Shown: piece by piece, positions 1 through 11,859 of the stretch
How positions within the stretch are numbered: position 1 is the stretch's first letter
Layout of the letters: the number at the start of each line of letters is the position of its first letter
From: Raillietiella orientalis
Lineage: Eukaryota
NCBI GenBank assembly: GCA_036172245.1
Contig: JAYWIR010000007.1
Location: 4,836,001 to 4,900,000, forward strand
Reading direction: 5' to 3'
Length of the DNA stretch: 64,000 nt
Notes under the pieces: model-generated
Databases searched by the model: none
The model's input: only the letters and a program-made list of their open reading frames with translations
What the model was told of the DNA's origin: nothing
Translations under genes and position numbers: made by a program

Positions 1-822
1 AGTTGTTCTATGCTTTTGCTTGCATCCAGTATTTTCCAATTTTCATCTATGAAACATTCATAATTCTTGTAAACTCGTTTTTGAAAATCGATATTTTCAT
101 AGCGTTCATCTCCAAATCCTTCCCTCAGTTTTAAAGCTTCATCACTCAAATTTAGGAAAAAGACCAAATCTGGCTGAAGAAGTGATTTCTCTGAATTGTA
201 GCACCAATGAATATCCATATTCTAGAATGAGTAATTAGTGAAATGAAACTCTTGAATTCCTTTTTTACAGGTTTTGCTGCACTAAAGGCTATTCCTGAAT
301 AGGAGTATCTGTCAGCTATTAGGGTTGTGCCTCCTAATAATCTATCTTTCATATACTCACTGAAATATAATAGTTAATTTTAGAATTCTTACAAACTGCA
401 AAATAACACACTTGGGACAAATACCAATTTATATACATAGGACCTTGTAATTTGAAACCTTCCAAAAAGAATGTGAAAAGACATCACATTCATGTATGCA
501 AAAATTTTCCAATGCAAACTAATGAATGCTTACTATTTTTCCCATCTGTTCGCAGTAAACAGTAAATGAAGGGCATGATCCTCCACTTCAAGTGCACTCC
601 GCAAATACGAATCTATTAGCTTGCCAATGGGTGACCGCCTATCTAAAAATTTGCATATATTGCAAACGATAAATTGCTTTTGTCACCTGGAAACTTTAGC
701 AATTCTGCTTTCACATTATGTTTCCGCAATCGCTCAACCAGTAATGTTCCTTGTGTGGTTTTGCCACTTCTATCACAGCCTTCCAACGCAATGAATGCTC
801 CTCGTTTAAAACGTCTGGCCAT
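1..822 (-). CDS. DTYMK: Thymidylate (dTMP) kinase, 4 exons visible, 3' end runs off the window
   Basis: Spliced translation MARRFKRGAFIALEGCDRSGKTTQ (P-loop)...KFP|DRRSPIGKLIDSYL...HLLFTANRWE|...TTLIADRYSYSGIAFSAAKP|NMDIHWC...QPDLVFFL...GFGDERYE. GT-AG introns at 643-686 (44 nt), ~360-533 and 222-268 (47 nt). Confidence 0.95.
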
Positions 823-1799
823 TTAAAAATTCTACTGATGCAAATATCACACTTTCAAAATTGTCAAAAGAGTACCTCTATGTTTCTGAATTTGAGGAGT
901 AAATGGGATCTATTATTTTGCACGGAAGAAACTTACCCTAATCCTGGAAAATTAACATGGAACAGTTCAACAGTTCATGCTCATTCCCTTCAGCAAAAAA
1001 GCGCACAGTTAGGTCAGTTTCATGGACCGCCTCCAGAAATCGGCAATCGGCTTGAAATTCAATCTCCTTATTGCAAAAATGGGTAAAACTAACCATTCAT
1101 TAGGCAATGTGATCTAGACCGAGGTCCTCCGATTAAATCCAAAAAGCTCTTTGGGAAACAATTCAAATGCACCTCTTACTTATTTTATGAGCTAATCAAA
1201 ACTAAATTTTTTTATTGAAGCAGATGAAGTAAACTTATTCAAAAGGATAGAATATTTTGCAAAAAAAAAAAAAAAAACGTACCATTGTAAACAGTCGCAT
1301 AAAAGGCAACGGCCGCCACAAATTACACATGAAAATGACAACCTATTTTAGAAAACCCGAAAATTGGGAGGTAGACGGTATGTACTTCATGTTACTCCTA
1401 ACCCTTGCTTTTTGTTCTCAACCCACGTGTCTTGCACATATAGGAGATACTTTCAATTAATTTTCTATTTGCTGTTTTGAGAGCCGTGCGTAGGTCCCAG
1501 TGGATGTGCCTTTTATACCTGATTTTATAAAGTTTATAAAATCAAGTAAACTATTTCTTATTGGAATTTTTGGACGGAGAAAATGAAAAAAAATTGCTAG
1601 TACAGCCTTGTCAGAAACTTCAAAGCATGCGAGGCTTTCCATAGTGAGTTTGCTGCAATTTTCATTGTCTATCCTGTTAAAGAATTTCACAATTGCTTCT
1701 TACTCCACTCTCAAACAGATTGGTTTCTGCAAAAAGGAGATTCTTACGATTTTGTGTGTAATGAGATTATTGTTTTTGGCTATTATGGAGGAAAAAAAG

Positions 1800-3200
1800 G
1801 AGTGATGTATGGTAATTTCTCGGTCGATGACGACACTAAGAAGCTCAATTGCCGGCACTGCAAAAACACAATCAGTGCAACTGGAGTCAGCGTTGGGAAT
1901 CTGTTTCGACACTTGCAAACTAAGCACTCAACAGTTCCCTTGATCAGAATAACACCATCCGGAGAAGTAGCTCTGTCATTCATTCTTCTGCCCCATGTAA
2001 TTCAAATCCTTCTATTGTGCAACGGGATACCTCAACACCGGACAAACAAGTCGCAGAAATACTGAGTGAAAATTTTATATTTGAGCCTTTTACCTCCAGT
2101 GCATCAATTCCCTTCAGACAGAGCTCGACAGGACAATCGTCTGTGACAACTTTTATGGGCATTGTGAAGTGCCTGTCCCTGTCAGAAAAGGCAGAGCCAC
2201 TGATGAACAACTTGCGAAATGATCTGTAAGGAATTCCATCCATTTTCCTTGGTGAAGGATGTTGAATTCAAAAACTTCGCTCATTTGCTGAATCCCAGAT
2301 ATATCCTGCCATATCGAAAAACAATTCCAAAGAGTCTCCTCCCCAGGAAGGGACCAAAGTTAAAGTGCAACAGAAATTCTTCTATTTGCTTACTATAGAT
2401 GGGTGGATCTCGCTCAAGGGCAAAAGTTTCCTATCACTCACTTCTCATTATTTGCTGACCAACTCCGAGTAATGTACGAATCATATCTGTTCAGAGTTTG
2501 TTGAAAAGCATACAACAGAAAATATTCCTGATCTGATTTCGAATAGCACCTCAGAGTGGGTTATCAAAAATAAAATTTTCGCAATTTTGTCTGACGATGC
2601 AGCAAATATGATTGCTGCTGTTTGTCTACGCAAATGGGGACGCACACCATGTTTTGCCCACTCCTCAAATTGGTTTGTTCGTACGGGTTCCTTGGAAATT
2701 AAGGATCCCATTTGCAAAACAAAAGCTGTGGCTCAGCACTTTAAACAAAGTGCTCATGCTTCAAGCAAACTGGAACCAAATGCAAAAGCAAGTACAATTT
2801 GAGCAAACCTTAAACTGAAGCAAGCTGTGATAAGATAGAACTCTTGTAAAGTATGTACCAAGAATTTTTCAAGAATAATGAATGCTTATTGTTTACTGTG
2901 GCTCTTTTGGAATAAGAAAATTTAAATTCCTTAATAATGACAGGCTGGTTATTAATTGTTCTATAGGTATTTCACAGCCTTTTTTAAGTGCAGAAAAGTC
3001 AGAGAGTATTTCCAAAATCCTTATTTTGTCCAGGGTTATCTCCATGAAGTTAAATACTAGAGAACACGTACCCCCTATGATTGCCGAAGTGTAGAATGCT
3101 CTGTTAAAGGAATTAATTGCCAGATTTGGTCTCGTTGATTTAGAGAAGCATCCCATTGTAGGTCAGTCAGTGTAGCTGGATCCTCGTTTCAAGGAACACG
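1800..3200 (+). mobile_element. Decayed hAT (Ac/ZBED1-like) transposase with BED zinc finger
   Basis: BED finger CRHCKNTISATGVSVGNLFRHLQTKH; LNPRYILPYRKT; TIDGWIS; SDDAANM...PCFAH; LDPRFK at 3176-3193. Many stops and frameshifts. No TIRs identified. Confidence 0.88.
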
Positions 3201-5968
3201 GGAAAGTTATCCGTACTTGACCATGAAAAGTCTCAGTATCTTCAACAAGAAAACGAGAAAATAATGGCAATATGACAATGGAACAGTTTCCAAATATACA
3301 ACAGTACTTTGGAGAGTAAAATATTAAAATAGTCAGGAATTGAACAAAGCATTAGTAAAAAAAAAAAAAAAAGGGTATCTCAATAATTTTATAGGATTGG
3401 ATATTCACATATATGAAAACATAAAGCTATATATTTAATTGAACTAAGAATACAAAAAAATATAGCTACTAAAAATAAATACCGCTATGCGCAGCATTGC
3501 ATAAGAATACCCATTATTTTAAATGACATTTATAAGGATCACAGATAGGGAAAATCAGATATGTTTTAATTATGAATTCCATAGATGTATAGAAGTCCAA
3601 TAAATAATAGATAATATTAAAATATAGATGTCAATGAAAAGCGAGTCCTTCCGTCCTTTTTGGAAATACGATACATTGTACATCTCCACAAGTGTTTTTC
3701 ATAATGATATGTGATATATATTATTTCTGCGAAAATCACAATGCTTATTCCAAAATTTGAGAAAATCAAGATTTTCACGCAATTACCCTAATTCCTACTT
3801 TCAATTTCTTTGATTATGAGAGAAAATATGATTACCATCAGAAATTATTGAGATAGGAAAAGATTGTATGAATGATATTATCCTGAAGGAAGAATAAACA
3901 AAATTACATATGTAAGCAAATTTTCAGAATATGAGGAAAAAATTCGGGAGCATTTACAAAACTCGAAGTTAGTAATCAACATTAACTGTTAGTCTCAGAA
4001 GCTAGAATTCGAAATTTACTCTCTTTCAGTAAATTAGTCGACTAAAGCTGCTTCTACTCTCAGAACGAAGGCTGGCAGATGCACACAAGTGATAAGACAT
4101 TCTTGCTATATTCAAAACACAATCTTACGATTACAGAAATATCTTGCAAAATCAATAAACGAGTTTGATATTCCTAAAGTCTTCAGAATAAAGAATATGC
4201 TTTTATGGTACAAAGTTGGGTTCAGTTAGTAAATGAAAAATACTCTTTCCTGATAAGATTTCAAGGTTACTCATTTGTTATTTGTTCTGTTGATCAGATA
4301 GGAACGCATCAGAAAGATCAGATTTCTTTGAATGTTTATTGTTGTCCATGATCATCTTAAAACTGTGGCAATATTTTCAATAATCATGTTGCATTCGGAA
4401 ATGCTCTCACAAAGGATTCTTGAATATGCTCTATACATGTATTGCTTGCTTGTGTTTCAAATAAAGAACAAAAATTCTTTAATATCTAGCAAATAGTAAA
4501 TGTTAAATTACGTAGCAGGATTCAGTGTTGATTCTTTTTATAATGGGAATCCTTTTTCCAGCGAATTTTTAAAAACTCAAAATTCGTTAAGGAGATCTTT
4601 ACGAAATTAGGATTCTGAGCATCGAGAGCAACACATTAATTTCATCTGCATTCGGCTGGCGTTGCAATAAGATTATAAAACCTTGTAAGTCAAGGAGTGT
4701 ACATTTTTCGAGATTCTGAGGGAGCTGTATCAAATTCTGCTTATGAAAAACGTGCTTTAAAAAAAAATAAATCTTGGTAGCATACAGAAGGCTAGATAGA
4801 ATTGTTGGGAAGTCATGGAGTTAATTAATGGAATGATCTCGTAGTAAGAATTCGGAAAAACTGAATTCAGTAAACTGAATATTCCTAGAATGAAAGCTGT
4901 CTCGAAAATATGTGTTCAACTTCAAGTTGTTTCGTATTGTAGTTTCTAGCAATACGAAGGGGATGTATTTTAACAGCAGTGATGAAGAGTTTCGAAATTT
5001 TTTAGTCTTGAATACAGTTCATGCGAGAATATTGTGCAAAACTGATTGAAAACATGGTTTAAATATGAAGGCAACAGTCAAATATTTGTGTGCATAAAGA
5101 GAATTATGCAAATTCTGGATGTGCTTGTATTTCTGATAAATATTGGCAACTCTGCATCACTTGTTTATTGCACATTTAAAGTGATAGAAAGTGTTTCTGT
5201 TAAAGTTAAATAATTCGAACATGATTGTTATTTATTCGTTGTTTGAATTCGGGATCTCTACAAATGTTTGTATTCTGGTACATCATAGTTCGTCAAATAA
5301 GTTAAAGTAATGTCATAAGTAATGCGCATTATAACTAAAACTTCATTTTGAATATGTGCGTCACATATTGAAATATACATGTGAAACTATTGAGTCTTGT
5401 TTTGTATTCGACTTTAGTATATAGTGTGTAGCCCTTAGTAATAATTGCATATTATGATTAGTCTGTTGAATTGTATCATTTTTTTAATCGTATTATTTGA
5501 AGGTAAGAAATTTTATTGGTTTGTTTTTGTAAAAATTTCATTTTCTTATATCTTACTAAATGCCTAGAAGTGAGTTTCACTTGTAATAAGCGAGTAAGTT
5601 TCCATCATGTTTCACTTGTGATGAGCGAAGATGGTGGTATGATTGTAAGCATACCACCATCTGGTACACAATAATTGGTTGAGTGTTGATTTGTATCACA
5701 GCAAAGTGTGTTGTGTGCTTTTCATATCCTAATTTCTAGAATACAAATTGGATATTCTGTATTTTATGAAATAGGTACTCCCTAACAAATGTGGAGAAGG
5801 TGTGCATTTTACCATAATGGTGCATTCAACAGGAATTATAATCAGATTCCGTGTGATGAATCAGAAACTTATTAACAGTTTTTATTCAAAACATATATTT
5901 AATAAAGCATTAATTCTGTTTTTCGTAAGATGTTTTTTGTTTTTTTGTAATTTCCCGTTAATTCGTTT

Positions 5969-8403
5969 ATGGAGGAAGACAGTAGTAATTATTACAGATT
6001 GAATAATGTAAAATCTGAAGATGCTCTCGAATATGCAAATGATTTTATGCCACTTACGTCCGGAGAAAATAAAACTTCCCAAATAGTTTCAACCTCTCCT
6101 GAGCAATATGCTAAGTATTACCACAATCATAATGTATCAGGAAGTCCAGAAACAAAATCTTTAGTTAATGCAGATGATAAATCACCTTTCCCTGTTTTAT
6201 CGACAAACAATACGCAACATTTAAACAGTTTTGAAGCTGCTGAAGCAAAGAATTTACATGATTCTCAGAAAAATGTTTCTGAAAAAAAAAACTTCTATTC
6301 AAGTAGTTGTACGGTTAGCAGCAATACTGATGCTTCAGTTCTAAAAAGTGAGACACCTCCAGATGGAGGATATGGTTGGATTGTGGTAATGTGTGCTTTT
6401 GTAATTAATCTTTTGGTAGATGGTATAACATTCTGCTTTGGGATTTTATATGTTGAGTTTCTGGGTTATTTCAAAGAAAGTAAAAGCAAAACAGCATGGA
6501 TTGGTGGCATTTTTATGGGTGTACCTCTTTTATGTGGCCCTATTGCAAGCACTTTAATAGACCATGTGGGCTGCCAGAAGATTACTATCATAGGAGCAAT
6601 TCTAGCTTCATTTGGGTTCTTTATAAGCTCATACTGTAATAGTGTTGGGCAGTTAATTCTCAGTTTTGGTGTTATGGCTGGATTTTCTTTGTCTCTTTGT
6701 GATGTTGCTGGAGTGGTGATAGTGGCTTTCTATTTTGAGAAAAAAAGATCTCTGGCCACAGGACTAGCTGTTTGTGGAAGTGGAATTGGTACCTTCATCT
6801 TGGCTCCTTTCACTCAGTATTTGACTAAAGTTTATGGATGGAGGGGAACAATGATGATCTTAGCTGGTCTTGTCCTTAATCTATGTATATGTGGTGCATT
6901 GATGAAGGATCTGGATTGGTGCAAGCGCAAATATCGCAAGGAGAAGTCAATGAAAATTATCAGAAATAGCCTCTGTGACAGTATTTCAAGCCATCATCAT
7001 TCTTCAAATTCTAATGAGCCTAGTGTTAGAAAACAGGAAGTGAACCATTCAGAAAATATAATTGATAATCGTCTTTATTCATCTCTCTTGCAACTTCCAA
7101 CATATCTAAGAAAGGAGGGTAGCATGCCATCAATGGGTGATCAGGCTATTAAGGAAAAGGATGAAGAGAGCCCATGTGGAACATGTGAAACCAAATTTAC
7201 CAATAAGGAATCTGATGAAGGTTCTCTGCATGAAATTATTACAGCAGAGGAACATCCATCTGAGGGTTTGCCATTTCATAAAATTAGCCACAGTATTCCA
7301 GTCAAATGTCAAGAGAGCAAGAAAGATTTGTTTCTACAAAAAATATGTGGAAATATATCATTGAAACATATTCCAGCTGAGCAATTCAACATGGTTAAAA
7401 CTACGAGGTAATCTTTTTGATAAGGATTTTAGGTGCAGTAAATTGTTGTTTAGATATTCTGTAGGTTACCGAGGAGCAATGCTTAATTTGAAATGCTACA
7501 GATTGCAGGTCTCATCCTGTCCAGACATCTACCGACATCATCATATTGGTACAACTGCAACATCACCTTCTCAAGTAAGCATGATACTTTGATAGTTGCT
7601 TATATTATGATGACTAAAATTTCCAAATTCATGTTGATCCTCTTCACAGAATCTTAATGTCTTATTGGATGATTTTCGAGAAGCTCTAGTGGAGATGCTA
7701 AATTTCTCTTATCTTTTCAACTTGAAATATCTCTTGTACATTTTTTCCAACTTATTGCTGTATGCATTTTATGATGTTCCTTACGTCTATTTGACTGACT
7801 ACAGCATCAGCCTGGGATACCGTGAGGAAATGTCCTCTTATCTCATCTCTGTTATTGGAATTCTCAACTTTTTTGGAGAGGTGCAGATGAACATATGTTT
7901 TTGTTGTCTTTCATAGTTTCCATTTCAGATTATTTTGGGCTATTTTGGAGATCGTACGTGGATTAGTCCAATTGTTTTATATTCCGTGTGTATGATGCTG
8001 AGTGGTTTCTTTATTTCACTGATTCCAATTACAAATAATTACTATCTGATAGCTACTTTTGCTGGAGGCTTTGGCTTGGTGATTTCTGCTAATTATTCAC
8101 TGACATCAGCAATCTTAGTAGATCTCACCAGCTTAGAAAAATTTCCCACTGCTTATGGACTCCTTTTGTTAGTGCAAGGAATTGGTAATTTGGTGGGACC
8201 ATCATTAGTGGGTATGGTTTATTCTTATGTGTTAAATAATCTGATTTTGGTTGAAAATTTCTGTTTTAGGTTGGATTATCGAAATTGCAAATTTTCGAAT
8301 TGCCTTTTTCATTAGTGGCTCACTAATTATTGTGAGTGGTGTGATGCTATTGATTTTGCCACTTGCAAGGAGACTGAATAATGTCGATCTGGAACTAAGC
8401 TAA
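5969..8403 (+). CDS. Monocarboxylate transporter (SLC16/MCT family, MFS), 5 exons
   Basis: PPDGGYGWIVV motif, YFEKKRSLATGLA and GWRG in the N-half; loop motif YRGAMLN...SSCPDIYR; C-half YDVPYVYL, GYFGDR, AYGLLLLVQGIGNLVGP. Introns at 7408-7453, ~7575-7649, 7881-7928 and ~8212-8269; TAA at 8401-8403. Confidence 0.93.
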
Positions 8404-10299
8404 AATAAAATGTGTGTTTGATGAAAGTTCAGGTTTAGTTTGATAATGTTGAAAATGTATCAACTGTACTTGTATTTATATTGTTAAAATTTCAATAAAT
8501 ATATGAAATGCAAGTTTTTAGATGATCAATCCAGTTTACAACAGTTTACAAATGTTTTGAATGCCATAGTCCTAAGTCTGCATTTGGAAATGAATTTCAC
8601 CTAGATTCCAAGCTGTCTAAGCACACATGTAAAACAACTCTAACATCAAGACTACAGTGCTCCATGTATTTAGTGGGTCAGTTGTGATTAAATCGCGAAA
8701 TATATCAAGTAATCTGTTGAAATGGATACGAAAGACTTTTACAAAGAATTATCAAAGTTTTCAGCATAATTATCCAATGAAACGTTGAGAGCCTTTGTCC
8801 AATATGTATTCTGCAGATAGAAACACAAATCTGTATGACATCATGCATACTAATTTAATGCTGGAACTTATGAACTATACAATAGACTGTTTAAAGACAA
8901 TAACAGGAAACCAATTCTCCTTGAACTTCAAGGCCAGAAGTTTATGGGAAAGTTCACTTAAAACTTGACTCATTTATGATCCAAAATACCTCAGAAGTGA
9001 GCCTTAAACCTGTGAGGGTAGGATTATAAGAAAAATTCAAGGCTCAGCATGATCCATATTGTACATAACCTGATGTACTAACTAATTTGTAGCCATACGA
9101 AAATCTCTCAGATGATTAAAGCATGATAAAGGTGTACTTTAAGAAAAAAAAAAAAACTAGAATGTCTTGATAAGTGCTCAAGTTTGTTGAGAGGTCTACC
9201 ACTAGTCATCAGTGATGAGTGAAATGTGATAAAAGGGATGAACTCTTGCATGAGCCCAAATGTCGGATGAGCACGAACAGGAGAATAACTATGAGGTATG
9301 ATCTGAAAGGCGAAAGTGGTTCCTTAAAATATTAATAATAAATTCTCAATCTCCTTGGTCATGATTTTTATTTCCCAAATGTTTTCGTGTACCAGTAATT
9401 GGCACATGATTTGGATTTAGTTCCTTTCACAGGAGAAATTTGTTAGCAGTGATTTTGCATTTTAAACGCACTTCTTGAAAGCATTTACTTGAAACCTGAA
9501 AACTTATTGTTTTGATCTCTTGAAATTTCGTTTCTTCGTTTTTATTCCTGTCTGATTATTGTCTCAATCGTCTTTGAGCTTTAATTTATGAAATACGCAG
9601 TAAACGCTGTTTTCCTTTGAGTTAAATTCACACCAAGCATGCAACGCAGATTCTTCAGAGTTGAAGACCATCTCACACTTGTGCTAGACATTGAAAATAC
9701 CTCAAGACATTGAAAACCTAAGCCCCTACTCACCTGCTACTTGTAGACTCATGTGCAGTTAAAGGATACTTGGGGTTTGTGTGTCATCTGAGAGTCGTGC
9801 CCACGAGCATGGACGACAAGGGAACATTTCTCACAAAGAATTGTGCACGAAAGCAAAGCACTATTGTGAGGCTAAGACCAATCAGCAATGCCCTGGTTGT
9901 TGGGTTGACTTGAGAGCCTCAGATCTACCGCATTTGCAATCTTTTCGTCAAAGACAACGTCCCCCCGACACAGCCGATGGATCAACATCCCTCAAATTTC
10001 AAGCTCTGCTACCTGAGGGTGGGTTAACTTTTGGCGCAATCAACGTGGTAGCATTCTAAAGACTGCTTCCTAGGAATAATGGCGACGACGGCACAAGTCG
10101 ATCATTTGGAACGCCGTTTACTCCGCCCTTTTGATTCTTCGAGCTTCTAATCCTCGGCAATGCAAGTCTCCTCCACTGGTTCCCCTTTTCGAAAGGTTAG
10201 AACTTTTGCTTGCTTGCAGTTTAGGGATTTAGTCCCTCGAACTACCTATGAAATGAAATGAACACCTACATTAGGAAGCAATATTAGTTGTTGGCTGTT

Positions 10300-11527
10300 A
10301 TTTCGACCAATGGGCAGAAAGGTTTTCGAGTGACGGGCGTTTGGCCGCAGCCGCCAAGCCACTGCGCGATCTGGCATGTGCTGGACACCCTCCGTCATCC
10401 GCTAGCTGTTGCATCCAGAAATTTCTACGTCGTGGCTTTGAATCCTTTGCAGGATCAGGGAAGTTCGTCTTGTCCGGCTTGCGTCCCACCGAGAAGCTCG
10501 CCTGGAACCTCGTCTCCAGGAAAACCTTCCAGTAGAGTGGGCAGTGAGTTGGGATGCTGGTAGTTTCTTTCAGGCTTTCCTTTCCTACAGGGAGGCATTC
10601 TTCCTTGAGGAAGCGAGCAAGAATAGTTCTCTATCGCTCGGCCATGATACAGGAAGTGACTTGACCACGTGCTGCTGTGTATGTGTATGCAAATTGCATT
10701 CCCCTCCACTGCATGCGGGACGTATCAAAAAACACGAACACGCACGCATCAAAAAATGATCACCAAGTGAGGGTGTCGATTTCTTGAAATACCACTTCTT
10801 CAGTTATCGAAACAGAAACTGAAAGGCTCCGTTCTGTCATCCGTTTTCTTACGAGTTGTTGTTCTTTGAAAAAGAAATGCCTACGGCAGTCAGCTTTTTC
10901 CCTTACGCACTTATCATTTAGCACATCGCCGAGACAATGAGCGTCTCTGGAAAACGAGGTCCAAACAAAGGCATTCTTATTTCTTGAAACCATCATGCAC
11001 GGAAGGGATAGAAAACCAATTCGTACAGAAAAACAGCGTACAAGGGATTTCGTGAGTAACTGAAAATTTGATACGCACACCCATCTTCATCAGATTCCAT
11101 CTTTCCTTGTCTCTACGCAACTCTTCGAAGAACCCGAGGTCAGACTGGAACTTCTGAAAGTGCTGGAGTTCCACGGTAAAAGAGGTTTCTTTCGTTCAGC
11201 AATGCTTCAGAAGAAAGCTCACGGAACGGAATGTGATTTATGGTCCTCACGCCCAAGAGAACCACGACCTGAACAGGGAATTGTAAGTTTCTTATTGAAA
11301 TTGTAAGTTTTTGCTAGGATACACAGCAGCGACGCTCTGCTGCTCAACGGGATGCAAAACGACATTTGAACTTTGTCTTGTGGAGATCGTGTACGTCCAA
11401 CGGCAACGTGCGACCTCACCACAATCCCCAGGCTACATAAGAGGCATCCAAAGTCCAATTGGTAATCTTTGATACTCTGTATACTACACACACATGAATG
11501 TACATTACAACGAACATTCGCACGCAT
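10300..11527 (-). pseudogene. Decayed intronless ORF (~400 codons) of unknown function
   Basis: Minus-strand ORFs 11219-11527, 10977-11174, 10760-11080 and 10298-10489 join through about 2 frameshifts and 2 stops into one protein-like reading. It is preceded by an AT-rich spacer. No family recognised. Confidence 0.4.
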
Positions 11528-11859
11528 ATCTATCTAGAAACATATTAGAATAACTTATATCCGTATATAATAATAATATATAATACAATAGTGTATATAA
11601 TGCATTTATCTGTTTCGATAGAACATCTATTTATTCCTCATATTCTTCCGGGATTCCGACACTCAGGGTTTCTGGAGTTGGGCATCCGCAAGCCGACCCG
11701 TGCCCTTCCTCTCCACTCTGGTCCACCGTTGTTGAAGCAGCCTCCAGCCTGATAGCTGCATCCTCCAACCGTCCCACGATGGATTCTAACGCCGCGAAAA
11801 TTCTTTGCCAGCTTTTCTCTGCAATGGAGAGAAGCAACATCGTCCATGAGTGTGCGGGT

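Noticed and set aside
9200..9310. Possible C/D snoRNA (GTGATGA at ~9212 and CTGA at ~9303)
   Set aside because: No convincing terminal stem, no recognisable rRNA guide and no evident host intron on that strand.
8500..9752. Minus-strand spliced gene (ATG AGT CTA CAA GTA GCA G|gtgag and exon-like blocks)
   Set aside because: Spliced frames hit stops within a few codons and no family is recognisable. At most a decayed pseudogene or lncRNA.
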